A DNA stretch of 64,000 bases from Octopus vulgaris (taxonomy: Eukaryota), in contig OX597818.1 in NCBI GenBank assembly GCA_951406725.2, positions 25,358,001 through 25,422,000 on the forward strand, given 5' to 3'. Under the pieces are notes generated by a model. The model was not told where the DNA came from and did no database searches. It saw nothing but the letters and a program-made list of their open reading frames with translations. The position numbers were made by a program, and so were the translations under genes. How positions within the stretch are numbered: position 1 is the stretch's first letter; the number at the start of each line of letters is the position of its first letter. Positions 42,169 to 55,906 of this stretch are shown here, in pieces.

Positions 42169-42926
42169 ATTAATTTATGTTATAAAATTCAATTTTGTCT
42201 TTTAAATTGGAGTATCAGGATAATCTATTTCATGTAGAACGATTAAATGTAATTCTGCTCAAAATAATAACTGAATAGGAATGAGATGATTGAAAATTTA
42301 ATTCATCTTTCAATCTATAATATCAGTATCCAAGCTATCCATTTACAATAAAAAAGAGATCACCCTTTTGTGTACGCTGTTACTACTTCTACCAAAAGTT
42401 TATAATTTCTGATGAAATCATCTAACTTGCATTTACAAGGTATCATATTTGGTTTGGCAATATTTTAAGCTTCACATCTTTCAAAATAACTGTCCAAAAT
42501 TTTTAATATATACTGCAGTCATGAATCATCATGTAATTAGTTAATTAGTGTTATTCAACCAACTTTAAGAAAGAAATTGAGGAAGTAATTTTGTTTTGTT
42601 TACTTGTTTTTTTTTTTTTATAGTATTTTAGTGTTTTGTTTGTTTCATTCACTAAAATATTTTGGTTAATATTAAAATAACTCCTACCATTTAAAATAAC
42701 CACACCTTTAGAGCACCAAGAAGTAAGCACAGTGTATAAAAAAAGAGAACAGCTTCTTTGTGTGGACTTATTTGAATGTCGGTTGCTGGTGAAATATGAG
42801 AATCATTCATATAAAGCAGTAGCTTGGTAATACAGATTTTTTTTTTCTTAAAGTGCTATGTGTCAGCTTCCTTGGGAAAGTTGAGGGTGTTTTTATTGAT
42901 GTATTTATTACTCAGTATCTATTTAT

Positions 42927-42928
<2 letters not shown>

Positions 42929-42988
<60 letters not shown>

Positions 42989-43181
42989 ATCAAAATAAAA
43001 TAAAAACATGATGCGAAGGATTCAGCGGTACATATGTTTCGGGCCTTTATTAGACAGATTTATAACAATGCATAATGTATGTCTGTGGCCTTCTTCAGCC
43101 GTGCACAACAGCTTCCACGAGGACATGTGTTACATCAAAAATTCTTGGTTGGGGATGCAAATCCTCTCATTCGCGTACGAC

Positions 43182-43213
<32 letters not shown>
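42929..43213. repeat. Two (AT)n tracts (42929-42986 and 43185-43213) flanking the ribozyme-bearing insert
   Basis: Read directly from the sequence. Confidence 0.95.
43025..43102 (-). ncRNA. Minimal hammerhead ribozyme within a 198-bp insert in (TA)n
   Basis: Minus strand reads cgg CTGAAGA a ggcc acaga...tctgt ctaataaa ggcc c GAAAC atat GTA ccg: stem I cgg/ccg, stem II ggcc/ggcc plus acaga/tctgt, palindromic stem III acatatgt, and a GUA cleavage triplet. Confidence 0.75.
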
Positions 43214-43611
43214 CTTAATTCTCTATCCATTTAGAAGATTATACATGGTAAATGATAATAGAACCCTAAACCTGAATTTAATTTTAAAACTATAGGCTCT
43301 TTTTCCACAAGTAGTACTAAAAGCTACCTGTCAAAATGTAGCAATAATTTTATTTCTGAGAGAAATAATTCAGAAAACTTTTCCATTTCTTTAAACCTAT
43401 GTCTACTGTCAAAAAATTAATTCTTTCTCGCTGAACATGGAGATATTCTGCTGCACAGAGCTAAAATTACTATGTGCTGTTTATTAACATTCCTTGTTGA
43501 TCTTAACTGGTTTTGAAACTAATGTGTTGAATTCATAATTACAAAATTTGTCATGTCTCAGTTATAACATTCTATTTCACTTTTTAGTAGGTATTAAGAA
43601 AACTTTATTAA

Positions 43612-43831
43612 CTCTTTAGCATTTAAACCAGCCATATCCAGCCTAAATATTCTTCCTATTTTCTGTTCAAACCAGCCATATCTGGCTCCTCACACCTACC
43701 TTACAGTGTCATTCTAAAAACAAGCAACCTCATCATCATAATCTTGAAGCTATGAGATAATGCATTTTTAAATTAAAACAATGTGAATCAGTAAGCATTA
43801 CATTTGACACAGAAATCTGAATGCTAAAGGG
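43612..43831 (+). mobile_element. piggyBac-type MITE, family 2
   Basis: TTAA|ctctttagcatt ... aatgctaaaggg|ttca; homologous to the copies at 46239, 55907 and 56481. Confidence 0.85.
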
Positions 43832-44719
43832 TTCAAGTTATTTTCCTAAATATGGATGGTATTACATTTAAAAGAAAAAAAAGAGCTGTTCCTCTGCATC
43901 TTACTATAATTATTTTGCTTTTAAAATTTCCATTAATTGTTGTTGAGCTAAAAGTTAGTCCTGATTAAGCAAACTTATGAGTCAGTCATTGTAACTCACC
44001 CTCTTTTTAGAGGCTCATTGTACCAAAGAGATTTAAATATTCAGTGTGTTCTTTCATTTAAAAAAAAATTTAATCAGTCAAAATAGTGGAATAAATTTTG
44101 CACAGTCTGTACAATACAATAATTTTTAGTAAGAAACTAATGTTTCTTAATCATTGAAATGCTCTTTAAAATCTATATCTGGAAAGAGGACACTAAGTGT
44201 TAAATAATCAGATTTATTAAAGATTAATTTGATTTCTAATACGAGAAAGTATAGAAACAATAGTGTTAGGCTAAATTCTTCCAGTATTTGGTCTTGACCC
44301 TTGATTTTGAGTTCTCATTTTGAATGGAATAGATTTACCTTTCATTCTGATATAGTTGTTGTTAACTCCAGCTCAGCCCTCTCTGAGTTGACATGACCAA
44401 AGTCATGGCTATTCCGTAGTCTTTTTCAAGATGGTAGTGTGATTTGAGAAAAAATTTGGCTGCTGTTTTTAACAAGTTACATAACCCCACTTAAAGTACA
44501 CTTATTGGCTTGTTTCTAGTATAGTTGATAAAATAAGTACCAGAAATAAAATAGGATCAGCTAAATTGACTTTACAAGAAACACTCCTTACTGGTTGTCT
44601 AAAAAAATTTAACTTATTTCACAATGAAATTTTTCCACACTTTTTAAAACTATATTTTTCATAAATTGTATTCTGTTATTTGCTTTTGTTTATAAACAAT
44701 TGACGGGATAAAGCAAGTG

Positions 44720-45410
44720 AAAAATATAATACTACTCATCATTGTACCTCACTCTCCTTAAACATGAGCGGCACATTATTTAAGTCCTCATGATCCCTCT
44801 AAATGTTAGATGTCACTATCATCTTGATAAATGCATGTCTTTAGCATAGCTAGGACTGCATCTCCAAGAATAGCCTTACTCTTCAGGGCCAGAAAGTAAT
44901 ATAGCCTTCAAAAAGTACCAACACTCTACTGAGTTCACATGAAGTTAACATTGGAGTATTGCTCCTACATCTAGGAAGGTGCTACTGCTACACATAGACA
45001 TCCAAACTGCATACAGAGAAAGATCATTCAACTGATTGGTATGAAGTCACTAGAAGTTGTTCGAACCTGTGACTACAAATATACTGTCCCCTCTCTTTAC
45101 CTTTTCTGCCCTTACTATAATAGCCTCTGCTAGTTGGAGTTTGCTGACCTTGTGTCACCTTAACCTAAGTGCTTCTGGCTCTCTAATCTCCCCATTTCTC
45201 ACCACTTGTGTTCTATCCAAATCCCAGGCCCTGCTCAAAGTACTGTCCAGTCTCTCTTTCCATAATGTCCACTTTCTAGAACTCCTTTTCTGCTCATGTC
45301 TTCTAGTGGGTATCAACTTGGAGCAGTTTAAGCAGAATGTTAATGGCATTAATCTCATTGGTCTCAGAGGATCTGCGAAGTCCATTGGCACTGTCACTTT
45401 CTCCTGGACC
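44720..45410 (-). mobile_element. Possible L1/Tx1-like LINE remnant (ORF1 end and endonuclease start)
   Basis: Degenerate knuckle-like FCLNCSK, followed on the minus strand by MIVTSNI*RD, which resembles an APE N-terminus. Weak. Confidence 0.3.
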
Positions 45411-46238
45411 CCGAAGAAAAAAAAAATGCAAAACTTTAAATAAATATTCAAAATTAATGGCTAAGGCTTTTATATAAAGTCAATATAAACACCATTTTCA
45501 GGCAGAAAAAGAACTGTAGGCCTACTCTTTTCTTTCCCCTTTTTTCCTTTTTTGCCAGGGCACAAACTTCTACATTTGTAGACAAAGGATTTTGTAATAG
45601 TAATAATTTCCTTTCAAAATATCAATGTTAGTGAACTGGATTCAACCAGGAATCCTACTAGGTTGCAGACTTTGCCCTCTAAGTATGTTGCATATTACTC
45701 TGTTGCAGTTGCTGCCTTGTTCATAACTATATTAACAATAACATGTCAGTATGTTTATTGTTTCAGTGATAATAGTGTATATGTACATAATGTCAGACCA
45801 GAACAGTTTTTAAATAAATAAAAACATTAACACTTAAAATGCTAGATTTGCTGTGATGTATTTGGTTTTCCTGTGCCCCAAAGAGATGAGCTTATATGTA
45901 CATATTGGTACAACAGTCAACAAAGAGCAATGTCTTGATCCCTTTTTTTGTGTGTGAATCCAGTGGGTGTTTGCACCAATTAGTCTTGCTGATGGAAGAC
46001 TAAGGTGTGATATTCAACTTAAAAACTGTTACTTGAAACAAAAACCTCAGCATTTAATGTTCATAAACTGCTTTTTTCTAAATTGTTTCCTTTTGTAATT
46101 TAATAAGATATGCTGTTGGTGTATAAATGGGTTGTCTTCTCTAAATAATCATTAATGAAGTTAAAACTTGCTGCACAAATATTCAAAAGGTCAGCAAGTC
46201 TCTGCCCAGTTTAGGATTGAAGTGAGGTCCTCTTTTAA

Positions 46239-46454
46239 CTCTTTAGCATTTAAACCAGCCATATCTAATCCAAATGTTCTGTCTGTTTTAAAGTAGCCAT
46301 GTCCAGCTTCTCATACCTTTCCTACAATGCCATTGTAAAACTAAAAACAATCACATCATCAAAATCTCAAAGCTATGAGATAATGCATGATTAATTCAAA
46401 ATAATGTGAATACATAAGCTTTACGTTTGAAAGAATAATCAGAATGTTAAAGGG
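46239..46454 (+). mobile_element. piggyBac-type MITE, family 2
   Basis: TTAA|ctctttagcatt ... aatgttaaaggg|ttat. Confidence 0.85.
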
Positions 46455-47499
46455 TTATACAATAAACGATTTGGTAATGGAAACAATGACAATAAGGAAT
46501 GTAGAGGCTAAATTTGAAGGATAAATTTAAAATAGATTTAAAAATTTGTTTAGCAAACTGCAAATACAAATTCTATTATGTGTGAAGCAGATTGAAAGAT
46601 GTTTGTATGCAGCATATACAGAGATTCACATATACATACATACTTACAGATGTATTACTTAAAAATATATTCCAAACAGATTGTATCTATGTTGAGTCTC
46701 AGGCCGTGTGTGAAGATAAATGGAGGCATAACGTCGCCATCACTAGTGATCACTCCAAACACCATAATTTTGACTGGATGTTTGATTTTTATCACTCTCT
46801 GTACATGTTTTTGGGGACATGGCAAGCCAACGGTTGTTCAGTGTGTTAACCATCTGTTCATATTGGAGCTTCCAGTGCAAATGCCAAGCAGTACAGCATG
46901 TTGCTTCCAAATTTCTGGTACAGTGAATTGTCATGGTGCTGTTTTTCTCACAGACTGTGCCCAACTGACCCTACTTTACTGTGTAAACAAAATCAAAAAC
47001 AAACAATGCACATGCATGAAATAAAAAATGTAAAATGGCAACAATTTACCCATCGCACTCTGCATATTTATGCTTTCTTGGAAGGCAACTCTGGTTAAGG
47101 ATATATAATGCAAATTAATGGTAAAATAGACATTATATGCAATCACAATGGTAGGTTTTGTCTTCATTTTATGATTAAGGTATATTTTGCTGCAGTATTT
47201 GGCACTGATATTTGAACTAAATAGTCTTACATTTCATTTTGGCTTGGCTCATAAAAGAAACAAATTTCAATATGATATTGATCTAAAAGTACAAGTAATT
47301 TGATCTGAGTTTCTATAGTAGATGTAGGAGTTTCTTTCTCAAATTTAGGAAAGCAGTTTCAAATTTAAGCACCTTAGTTTCGTAATCTATTTTAGTTAAC
47401 ATTTGTCATCTTTTTTTAAATATAAGTTTGATGATATGTAATTTATCTAAAATACAGTTTTAAATAACATTTTGCTATTCAGAATATATGTATATTCTT

Positions 47500-47698
47500 T
47501 TATTTGTTATAGTCATTTGACGTCGCCTTGCTGGAGCACCACTTTTAGTTGAGCAAATTGACCCCAGCACTTATTCTTTGTATGCCTATTACTTATTCTA
47601 TCGGTCTCTTTTGCTGAATCGCTAAGTTGCAGGGACGTAAACGCACCAGCATCAGTTGTCAAGCGATGGGGGGGGGGGACACACAAACATATACACAC

Positions 47699-47743
<45 letters not shown>

Positions 47744-47890
47744 ACGACAGGCTTCTTTCAGTTTCCATCTACCAAATCCACTCACAAGTGTACTTTTAGA
47801 TCAATATCATTCACCCGAGGTGCCAAGCAGTGGGACTGAACCTGGAACCATGTGGTTGGTAAGCAAGCTACTTACCACCCAGTTACTCTT
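47500..47890 (-). mobile_element. tRNA-derived SINE, CR1-tail type
   Basis: Colinear with the reverse complement of 58618-59008, with an internal (TA)n. Confidence 0.88.
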
Positions 47891-48714
47891 AACTAAGTTT
47901 ATAGAGTTGATATACAATTCTAGATTTTGGAAGTCTTGCTAGAAATTTATGCAATGCTTATTTCTTCTATGGGTTTGCTGTGCTTGAGAAATGTGTAGAA
48001 ATGAATTCTATTTCCTGGGTTACCTAAATATTCAAAGAATTCTAAAATAAATTCAAGGAATTTTAAAATAAATTAAATTTACAAGTCCAAGGTAGAATTA
48101 CAGATTAATTGAAGAAAATAACTTATAGTTAAGCATATTATTACAGTTTACTGAATTGTTGAATTTTTAATGTATACATCTTGAATAACAGTTGTAAAGT
48201 GTGTTACTAAATTAAGCTTCTGAATAAAATGATACAGCATGTTATCTATTTTTAGATTGCTTTGTAGTTGGTATTGCTTAATACTTAATAGTGCCAGTAA
48301 GCCCATAGGGACTGTAAAACAGAAACTTAAGACCCCACTGTGAATGAATCCTTAGTGTAGGAAAGACAATGTGAAACTGAATATGTATAAACAGAAAGGC
48401 AAAGTAGAGATGAGATATGCTCGTGTTGATATCCTTAAAATGGTGCAGAAGTTTAAAGTTAGATTGATTGGTTGTTATGACAAACAAGTTATTTAGTTTA
48501 GCTAAGTTGTTGTGAACAACAACAACAACAAGAGGCACTGTAGTAAACATAAATGTAGATATATATTATCAAGTGGTGTGTGGAACAGTAATAGGAGAAA
48601 AGATGAGTGATAGATAAGAAAGTAATAAAGACAGTGGGAAGGCAGTTGATGGGGACTTAACATGAGCATAATGGGTAAGAGAGAAACTGTATATCCCAAT
48701 TTGTATCACCACCA

Positions 48715-49105
48715 CTGCTACCATCATTGTTTCTAAGACTATTTTTCCATGTTTACATGGATTTGGTTGGTCCTCTTCAACACAGCATACTGCCATTTGT
48801 TTCGGTCTTTTGTCATATTGTTTGTGAATGTCATCCTTTTGAGACTAATCATCACCACTTGATCCCATGTCTTCCTTGGTCTCCTTTTTCTGTAGGTTCC
48901 AATTACTACGAGTACTCAGCACTTCTTTAGTCAACTGTCATCTTCTGCATAATATGCCCAGTTTTCTGTCTCAAACACTGCATCTATGTATTGTATGCCT
49001 GATCTTCTCTCTTGAACACTATTTGAATTCTCTTATACACACTAGTCTTCCTGAGCAAGCGCAAAGATTTTTGCACTGGTAGGCCATGTCAGTTTCTGGC
49101 TGTTA
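48715..49105 (-). mobile_element. Decayed RTE 3' part
   Basis: tttttccatgtttacatgg terminus, cccatgtcttccttggtctc (RPRKTW) and aggccatgtcagtttc. Confidence 0.65.
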
Positions 49106-49111
49106 CACTAG

Positions 49112-49635
49112 AGTACAGAGGTGTTGTGGATACTCACTAAATTTTTGTTTTCATTGAATGCATCCAGCAGAGATGTTGCATCAAGTTTTTGCCAAAAGCT
49201 TGGTGATACTCAATTTCAAACCATCCAGAAGACTCAACAGGCCTTTGGCAATGATGTCATGGGCAAAACTCAGACTGAGGAGTGGTACAACCACTTCAAA
49301 CATAAATGCACCTTAGTGGAGAGCATGACCTGCTCAGGCTGGCCATTCACAAGCCAAAATAAGGAGCCGATTGAAAGTTTGGTGAATAGTAATAGAAGAC
49401 CGTTGTGTAACAATCCAGGAAATTGCTCATGAAATGAGAATAAGCACAGGATCAGTGCATTTCATGATGACAGAGGATTTGTGCTTGTGGAGAGTGTTGG
49501 CAAAATTCGTCCCCAAAGTGCTGGCAGGGCAGAAGTGACTCTGCATGGAAATTGCTCAGGACATGCTGGACTATTCAAACCATGACCCAGACTTGATGAA
49601 GACCGTCTTCACTAGCGATGAGACATGGGTTTATG
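49112..49635 (+). mobile_element. Mariner transposase 5' fragment
   Basis: FCQKLGDTQFQTIQKTQQAFG...EWYNHFK and ...TSDETWVYG (first catalytic Asp motif). Confidence 0.85.
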
Positions 49636-50171
49636 GTCTCTGCTCAATGTGGCACCAGCACGGGTGCTTGTTATGTTGCACAGGCACAGTTTTTTTTTTT
49701 TATGTGGCACCAAAACTAGTGCTTTTTATTTGGCACCAGCTCCCATGAGCTTGCAAGACAGGAACCTCTTGACTGAGAGTGGGAGTTGAGGGCATGGCCA
49801 TAAAAGATATATCTGTATGTATGGATGGCCATGATTTTTACTTACTTTTCTGTTTTCTCAAGCATGGCAAGTTGCAGAAGTCTCAGTCCCTTGTTATCTC
49901 CTCTCAGAGCCCCAATGTCTGAAGATCCTTTCTCATCACTTTGTCCCACATCTTCCTGGGTCACTCCCTTACACAGGTTCCCTCTACAATTAGATATGTT
50001 TGTATATATATATATATATATATATATATTGAATCAATACTTGATTGAGGGAGTATTGACTACCTATCAGCCTGTATAGTGTTCCACAACCAGCTAGAAA
50101 TAGCAACCAAATTCCCTCAAATAATATTCTGTCGTCTGTAAAATAGAAAAGCACATGGAGCAGCATGGTCC

Positions 50172-52632
50172 TCCTCATCATCGTCGTTTAACGTCCGCTT
50201 TCCATGCCAGCATGGGTTGGACGATTTTGACTGAGGGCTGGCGAACCAGATGGCCGCTACAGGCTCCAATCTTGATCTGGTAGTGTTTCTACAGCTGGAT
50301 GCCCTTCCTAATGCCAACCACTCCGAGAGTGTAGTGGGTGCTTTTTATGTGCCAGTCGGGCGATACTGGCAATGACCTCGCTCGAAGCTTTTTACACATG
50401 CCACCGGCACAGGTGCCAGTAAGGCGACATTGGTAATGACCATGCTCGAATGGTGCCCTTTTACGTGCCACCGGCACGGAGCCAGCTGGCTGCTCTGACA
50501 ACGATCACGCTTGGATGGTGCTCTTGGCACCCTACTAGCATGGGCACAAGTGCCTGTAAGGTGACGCTGGTAACAATCACACTCGGATGGTGCCCTTTTA
50601 TGTGCCACTGGCATGGAAGCCGGTTAGCCGCTCTGTCAATGATCACCCTCGTATGGTGGTCTTTGCACCCCGCTAGCATGGATGCCAGTCGTCAAATTTG
50701 ATTTCGATTTCACTTGCCTCAACAGGTCTTCGCAAGCAGAGTTTAGTGACCAAAGAAGGAAAAGGTATGCATAAGCGGGCTGGTTATGCTCCTGGCATAG
50801 GTCACAGGTTATGGTCTCATTTGGCTTGCCTGGTCTTCTCAAGCACAGCATATTTCCAAAAGTCTCGGTCGCTAGTCATTTCCTTGGTGAGGCCTGATAT
50901 TCAAAGTTTGTGCTTCACCACCTCATCCCAGGTTTTCCTGGGTCTACCTCTTCCACAGGTTCCCTCAGCTGCTTGGGTGTGGCACTTTTTCACACAGCTA
51001 TCCTCATCCATTCTCACCACATGACCATACCAGTGCAGTCCTCTCTCTTGCACATCACATCTAATGCTTCTTAGGTCCAACTTTTCTCTCAAGGTACTTA
51101 CACTCTGTCAAGTATGCACACTGACATTACACATCCATCGGATCATACTGGCTTCATTCCTTGCGAGCTTACGCATGTCCTCAGCAGTCACAGCCCATGT
51201 TTCACTGCCATGTAGCATGGCTGTCATACAGTCTACCTTTTACTCTGAGTGAGAGACCCTTTGTCACCAGCAGAGGTAAGAGCTCTCTGAACTTTGCCCA
51301 GGCTATTCTTATTCTAGCAGCTACACTTTCAGCGCACCCTCCTCCGCTACTGACTTGGTCACCTAGGTAACGGAAGCTATCAACTACTTCTAGTTTTTCT
51401 CGCTGAAATGTGGCGGAAGTTGGCCTCTGCGCATTTTCAGTGTTCATTGCTCCCAAGCATCTGCCACATACAAAAACTATCTTCCCAGTTAGCCTTCCTT
51501 TGATATTGCTGCACCTCTTATGTGTCCATAGCTTACACTGGGTACATCTTATAGAGTTTCTACCTATGCCTCTACTACAGATCGAGTAGGGCCATCTACC
51601 TGAAGGGATTTGTGGTTTGTCTGCCTTCCTACTTATTAGGACTTTGGTTTTATCTAGGTTGATTCTAAGGCCCTTCGATTCTAATCCTTGTTTCCATGCT
51701 TGAAACTTCTCTTGTTGGAGCAAGGTCATCAGTATAGAGGAGCTCCCAGGGGCATCCTGTCTTGAATTCCTCTGTTATTGCCTGGAGGACTATGATAAAT
51801 AGGAGGGGGCTGAGGACTGAACCTTGGTGGACCCCTACCTCTACCCTGAATTCTTCAGTGTACTCGTTGCCAACCCTCACCTTACTGACAGCATCCCTGT
51901 ACATGGCTTGCACAGCTCTCACTAACCATTCATCTATCCCTAGTTTCCTCATTGACCACCAGATAAGGGATCGGGGGGACCCTGTCAAAGGCTTTCTCCA
52001 TGTCAACCAAAGCCAGGTACAGGAGCTTATCTTTTGCTAGGTATTTCTCCTGCTGCTATCTTACCAGAAATATAGCATCAGTGGTGCTTTTTCTGGCACG
52101 AAACCAAACTGCATCTCATCCAAGCTGACTCTCCCTAATTAGTTGGGCTATGACCCTCTCCATAACCTTTATTAGCTGATCCAACAGCTTCATACCTCTG
52201 TAATTATTTGCATCTAAAGCGTCACCTTTACCTTTGTAGGAGTTGATTATTATGCTGCTACACCAGTCATTGGGTATGACTCCTTTGTGTATCACCTGGT
52301 TAACTATATGAGTGACTAGGCTATAGCTGACACTACCAGATATTTTGAGCATCTCTGCAGTAATTCCTGATGGGCCTGGGGCTTTCCCTGTCTTCATGCT
52401 TCTAATTGCCTTAGCTACCACGGAACTATCAACTCGTATAGCTGGTCCCTCTGTTGGGCTGACATTCGGCAGACTCTTTCTCCCATTGATTTTCTTTATT
52501 GAGCAACCTTTCATAGTGGCGTCTCCAAACCTCTCTCTCTGCATCCTCATTTAGCGCAAGTGAACCATCATCCATGTGAACACATTTCTCTCCTACCACA
52601 TCACGATTCTCTCTCACACACTGTCTTGCAAC
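50172..52632 (-). mobile_element. Longest RTE LINE copy (about 2.45 kb, 5'-truncated, frameshifted)
   Basis: ORF2 pieces KTGKAPGPSGITAEMLK...NYRG, GVHQGSVLSPLLF...LLYTDDL and FRYLGD...GRPRKTW; long repetitive 3' UTR; (CAT)n tail. Confidence 0.96.
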
Positions 52633-53271
52633 AGTCTAAAAAGCTAGGATGGTCAGAGCTGGAATACTTTGATCACAGGTCTGCTCTATCAAGACTGGCT
52701 TGAGGTTCAACAACAACTATGTAGGACTAGAATAACATGTGCCTATCCTGCTAATGCAACTGTTGTCAGCATGTAATTTACTTCATTTCATGTTTGATTT
52801 GAATGCAGTTTTACAAGTTTGGTTGATCAACCCTATTAACTACTGTCATTGAGCAAGCCATTTACCATGTCCTTGGCTCTATATAGATGGTAACTGTACT
52901 TATTGAAGTGCTGTCTTCTTTGTAGTATTAAGACACATTTACTTTGTGTGTGTGTGTGTTGAAAAAAAATTTTTTTCTCCCATATTGTATTCAAAGTACT
53001 TTTCCTCTTAGCTTGTTTTACTGCAATACAAAAAGTTCATAAATTGAAAATGGAAGTCAAGGAGGAAGTGATAAAATGATACATAACTGTGTTGCTAGTC
53101 TATACAACCTATTCTTAATAATAAACATTAAAACAACGAGTAGTAACCACGGTAATTATCATTTTAATAAAACTTAGTTTTTCTCTTAACATTGTCGGGT
53201 TGATAATGATCATGGAGGTAATCAGTATTTAGTTATGACTTTGCTATTTATATAGTAAAATAATATTTACC

Positions 53272-53590
53272 ACCAGTGTGGCTGAATGGTTGAGAGGTTT
53301 GTTTCACAATCATGAGGTCTCAAATTCAATCCCAATCTGCAGCTTCAAGTGTCTTTTCATGAGCTCAGGTTGTCCCAAACCTTGTGAATGAAACTGGGTA
53401 GATGGGAACTCTATGGAATCTCATGAAATAGATTGTACCTGTAAATTAAAAGGCTAGCCTTGTCACACAGTTGTGTTGATTCTCTGACAATTATGTTATG
53501 GGTACATGTCTCTATAGAAAGTTTGATTAGTTACTGGCCAATTCAATGTGCAAATATTTCAATTGATTGAACAACAGAATACTCATCATT
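53272..53590 (+). mobile_element. tRNA-headed SINE, tail type 3
   Basis: gtgtggctgaatggttgagag...aattcaatccc head with A/B-box remnants; tail shared with 12640-12780. Confidence 0.6.
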
Positions 53591-53929
53591 GAGGCAGACA
53601 AATCTATTTACAAGTCTAAGGAGATTTTTAAAAGGCAGTGCTAATTACTCAGCATTCCTTATAGTCTTTTTAATGTAAGCCATCTTTGATATAAAGCTAT
53701 AAACCTAACACTAGCTTCATTTTTAGAAGCTAGTTGAGAGTTGGTAACATGAAACTCTGCCTTAACATGCAGAGTTCATATATTGCTGTTCATTTTGAGT
53801 TAAGTCTAATTTTGATACATTTCATCATCCTAAACTTAGAAAGGATAAAGATACTTTCAATCAGATATTCAAATATTGATTTCTAAAATATCTAGTTTGG
53901 TATCAAGCTACCATCATTTTTATTAATAG

Positions 53930-53965
<36 letters not shown>

Positions 53966-55906
53966 CATACACACACACACTATATATTACCATCCAACCT
54001 ATGCCATAATGATATATAAAGAATAATTTTTACGAATTCAATGACACAGTTCTATTGATCACTCTTGTGATTTAAATCTTTATATTTGTCACAATTTTTA
54101 TGGTACAGTTTTCTTTTTTGGTATCCTACTTTCAGTATGTTGTGTGTTGTATGTAATAAAGAAAACTTGGAGAGGGAATTTCTCTAGCATTAAACACATA
54201 CATGATAAATAAATACATGTGGTATACCTCTGTTCATTTTGCACACAAGAGGTAAACACATAAAGTGGAGAAGTATTCAAGGGTGGAAAGACACAAAGCT
54301 AGTACAGTGTTACAGTGTAAGCATTAGTATCTGGTGTATGGGTGTGCTGGTGCAAACAAGGTTTGAAGCATATGGAAGTACTGCAACCCATGCTAGTTTA
54401 CTGTAAATGTGATGATGTGAATGACAATGTATATCATAGTAGTTGTCTTTAAATTAGTTACTGTATTTCCTTTGTCTTCATATCCTCAAATAAAATAATA
54501 AACAACATATTTTGACAGTTGATAGTTTATATTGGAAAGTTTTAAATTAACCAAGGAAGAGGTATAGAAATCAGGATCTGTGGAGACTTTCTTTGACTGA
54601 TAAGATTGATGTAGTTAAGCCCGACCTTCTTTTTAATATCTGCAGAAAAAGTGTGGGCTGGTAATTTGCAGTTGTACAAATATGATGAGCAGGGATTGAA
54701 CATAGTATGTAACACAGGGTATTTGAGATAAGAGAAATGGGTACATCTGGTATACCTTAGAAGAGATGGTAGGCAGTTCAGTGAAGCAAAAACCATTGTA
54801 GTTGAATACATATAACTAAGAAACTGTATGTCTGTGATGAGTGGTTGGAGCATGTCAGTGAACAATTCTTTGCCTGTCAGTCAAATGGCCTTTCTAACAT
54901 TTGGAATGCAGATTTGTCAGTGATATGTATGAGACATCATCATTGATAACATGACTATTATTTGATGTTTCCAATTTTGTGTTGTTCATCTACAGAATGG
55001 AGATCACACACTTACACTTATACACATACAGAATGCTGTTGACATCAAATGTGCAGGCATAGAGGACCATTTAAAAATGCATTTTAAATGGGTTTTTTCC
55101 CTGCAGTTATGCTGACTCCTCCAGCCTAAATCAGTAACTGATTTCTTTCGTCTATTATGAATAAGAGAAACACCTTTTACTTACTAACTTAGACTGGATT
55201 ACAAAATAAATCATACACCTTGTGGAATTTCACATGTATGATCATGGCTAATATTAATAAACACCAACACTGATACCAACAGAAGCTATACTACATCATG
55301 TGTAAGTTGTTTAAGATGATGTAAGTACTCTTTTCACACCTCTTGGACTTTACATTTGATCAAGATCTACTTTGGTGCTATAAAAAAAACCTTGAGATAA
55401 CCCTTTTATCAGCAATGTGAAGCAGCAAAAATAAGATATTGGGATGTAACTCACTCAAACTATTTTACAGCAGAACAGCTTCAGCAACAAGCATCTCTTT
55501 TTGCAAAATAAATAAAATTGATTAGCATCACAAGAGTTGAAATGACAATTGCTAACTGTAATAATCAGTCTTCTCAAAACACTGAAAACTAGCCAAAATC
55601 TGCCATAAGAGATTGAAAATAATGTGGACAAACCACTACTGTCACCATTAAACTTACATACATTTCTGCATTTAACTGATTTGACAAAGACAATTGTGGA
55701 ATGTATTTATCTAAGAACATTTTGAAATCACTGTTCATATCCAGTTTTGTAAGTTATTGCTGAGTATCAGAGCATTCTTAATGAAAAATACTTAATGCTT
55801 TCATATTAAAAGTTAATGATGATGTTGCAGAGAAAATGCAGAATCATAATGTTAATTATTATTTGGTAGTTAATACCTTCCTATACTCAGCTGTTATCAC
55901 TCATAA

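Noticed and set aside
46592-47167. Overlapping Cys-rich ORFs of up to 141 aa
   Set aside because: No recognisable domain or convincing splice-phase link to the PSD exons; probably an unclassified repeat or chance ORFs.
50289-51092. Cluster of overlapping short ORFs
   Set aside because: By-products of the GC-richer RTE 3' UTR repeats and antisense ORF2.
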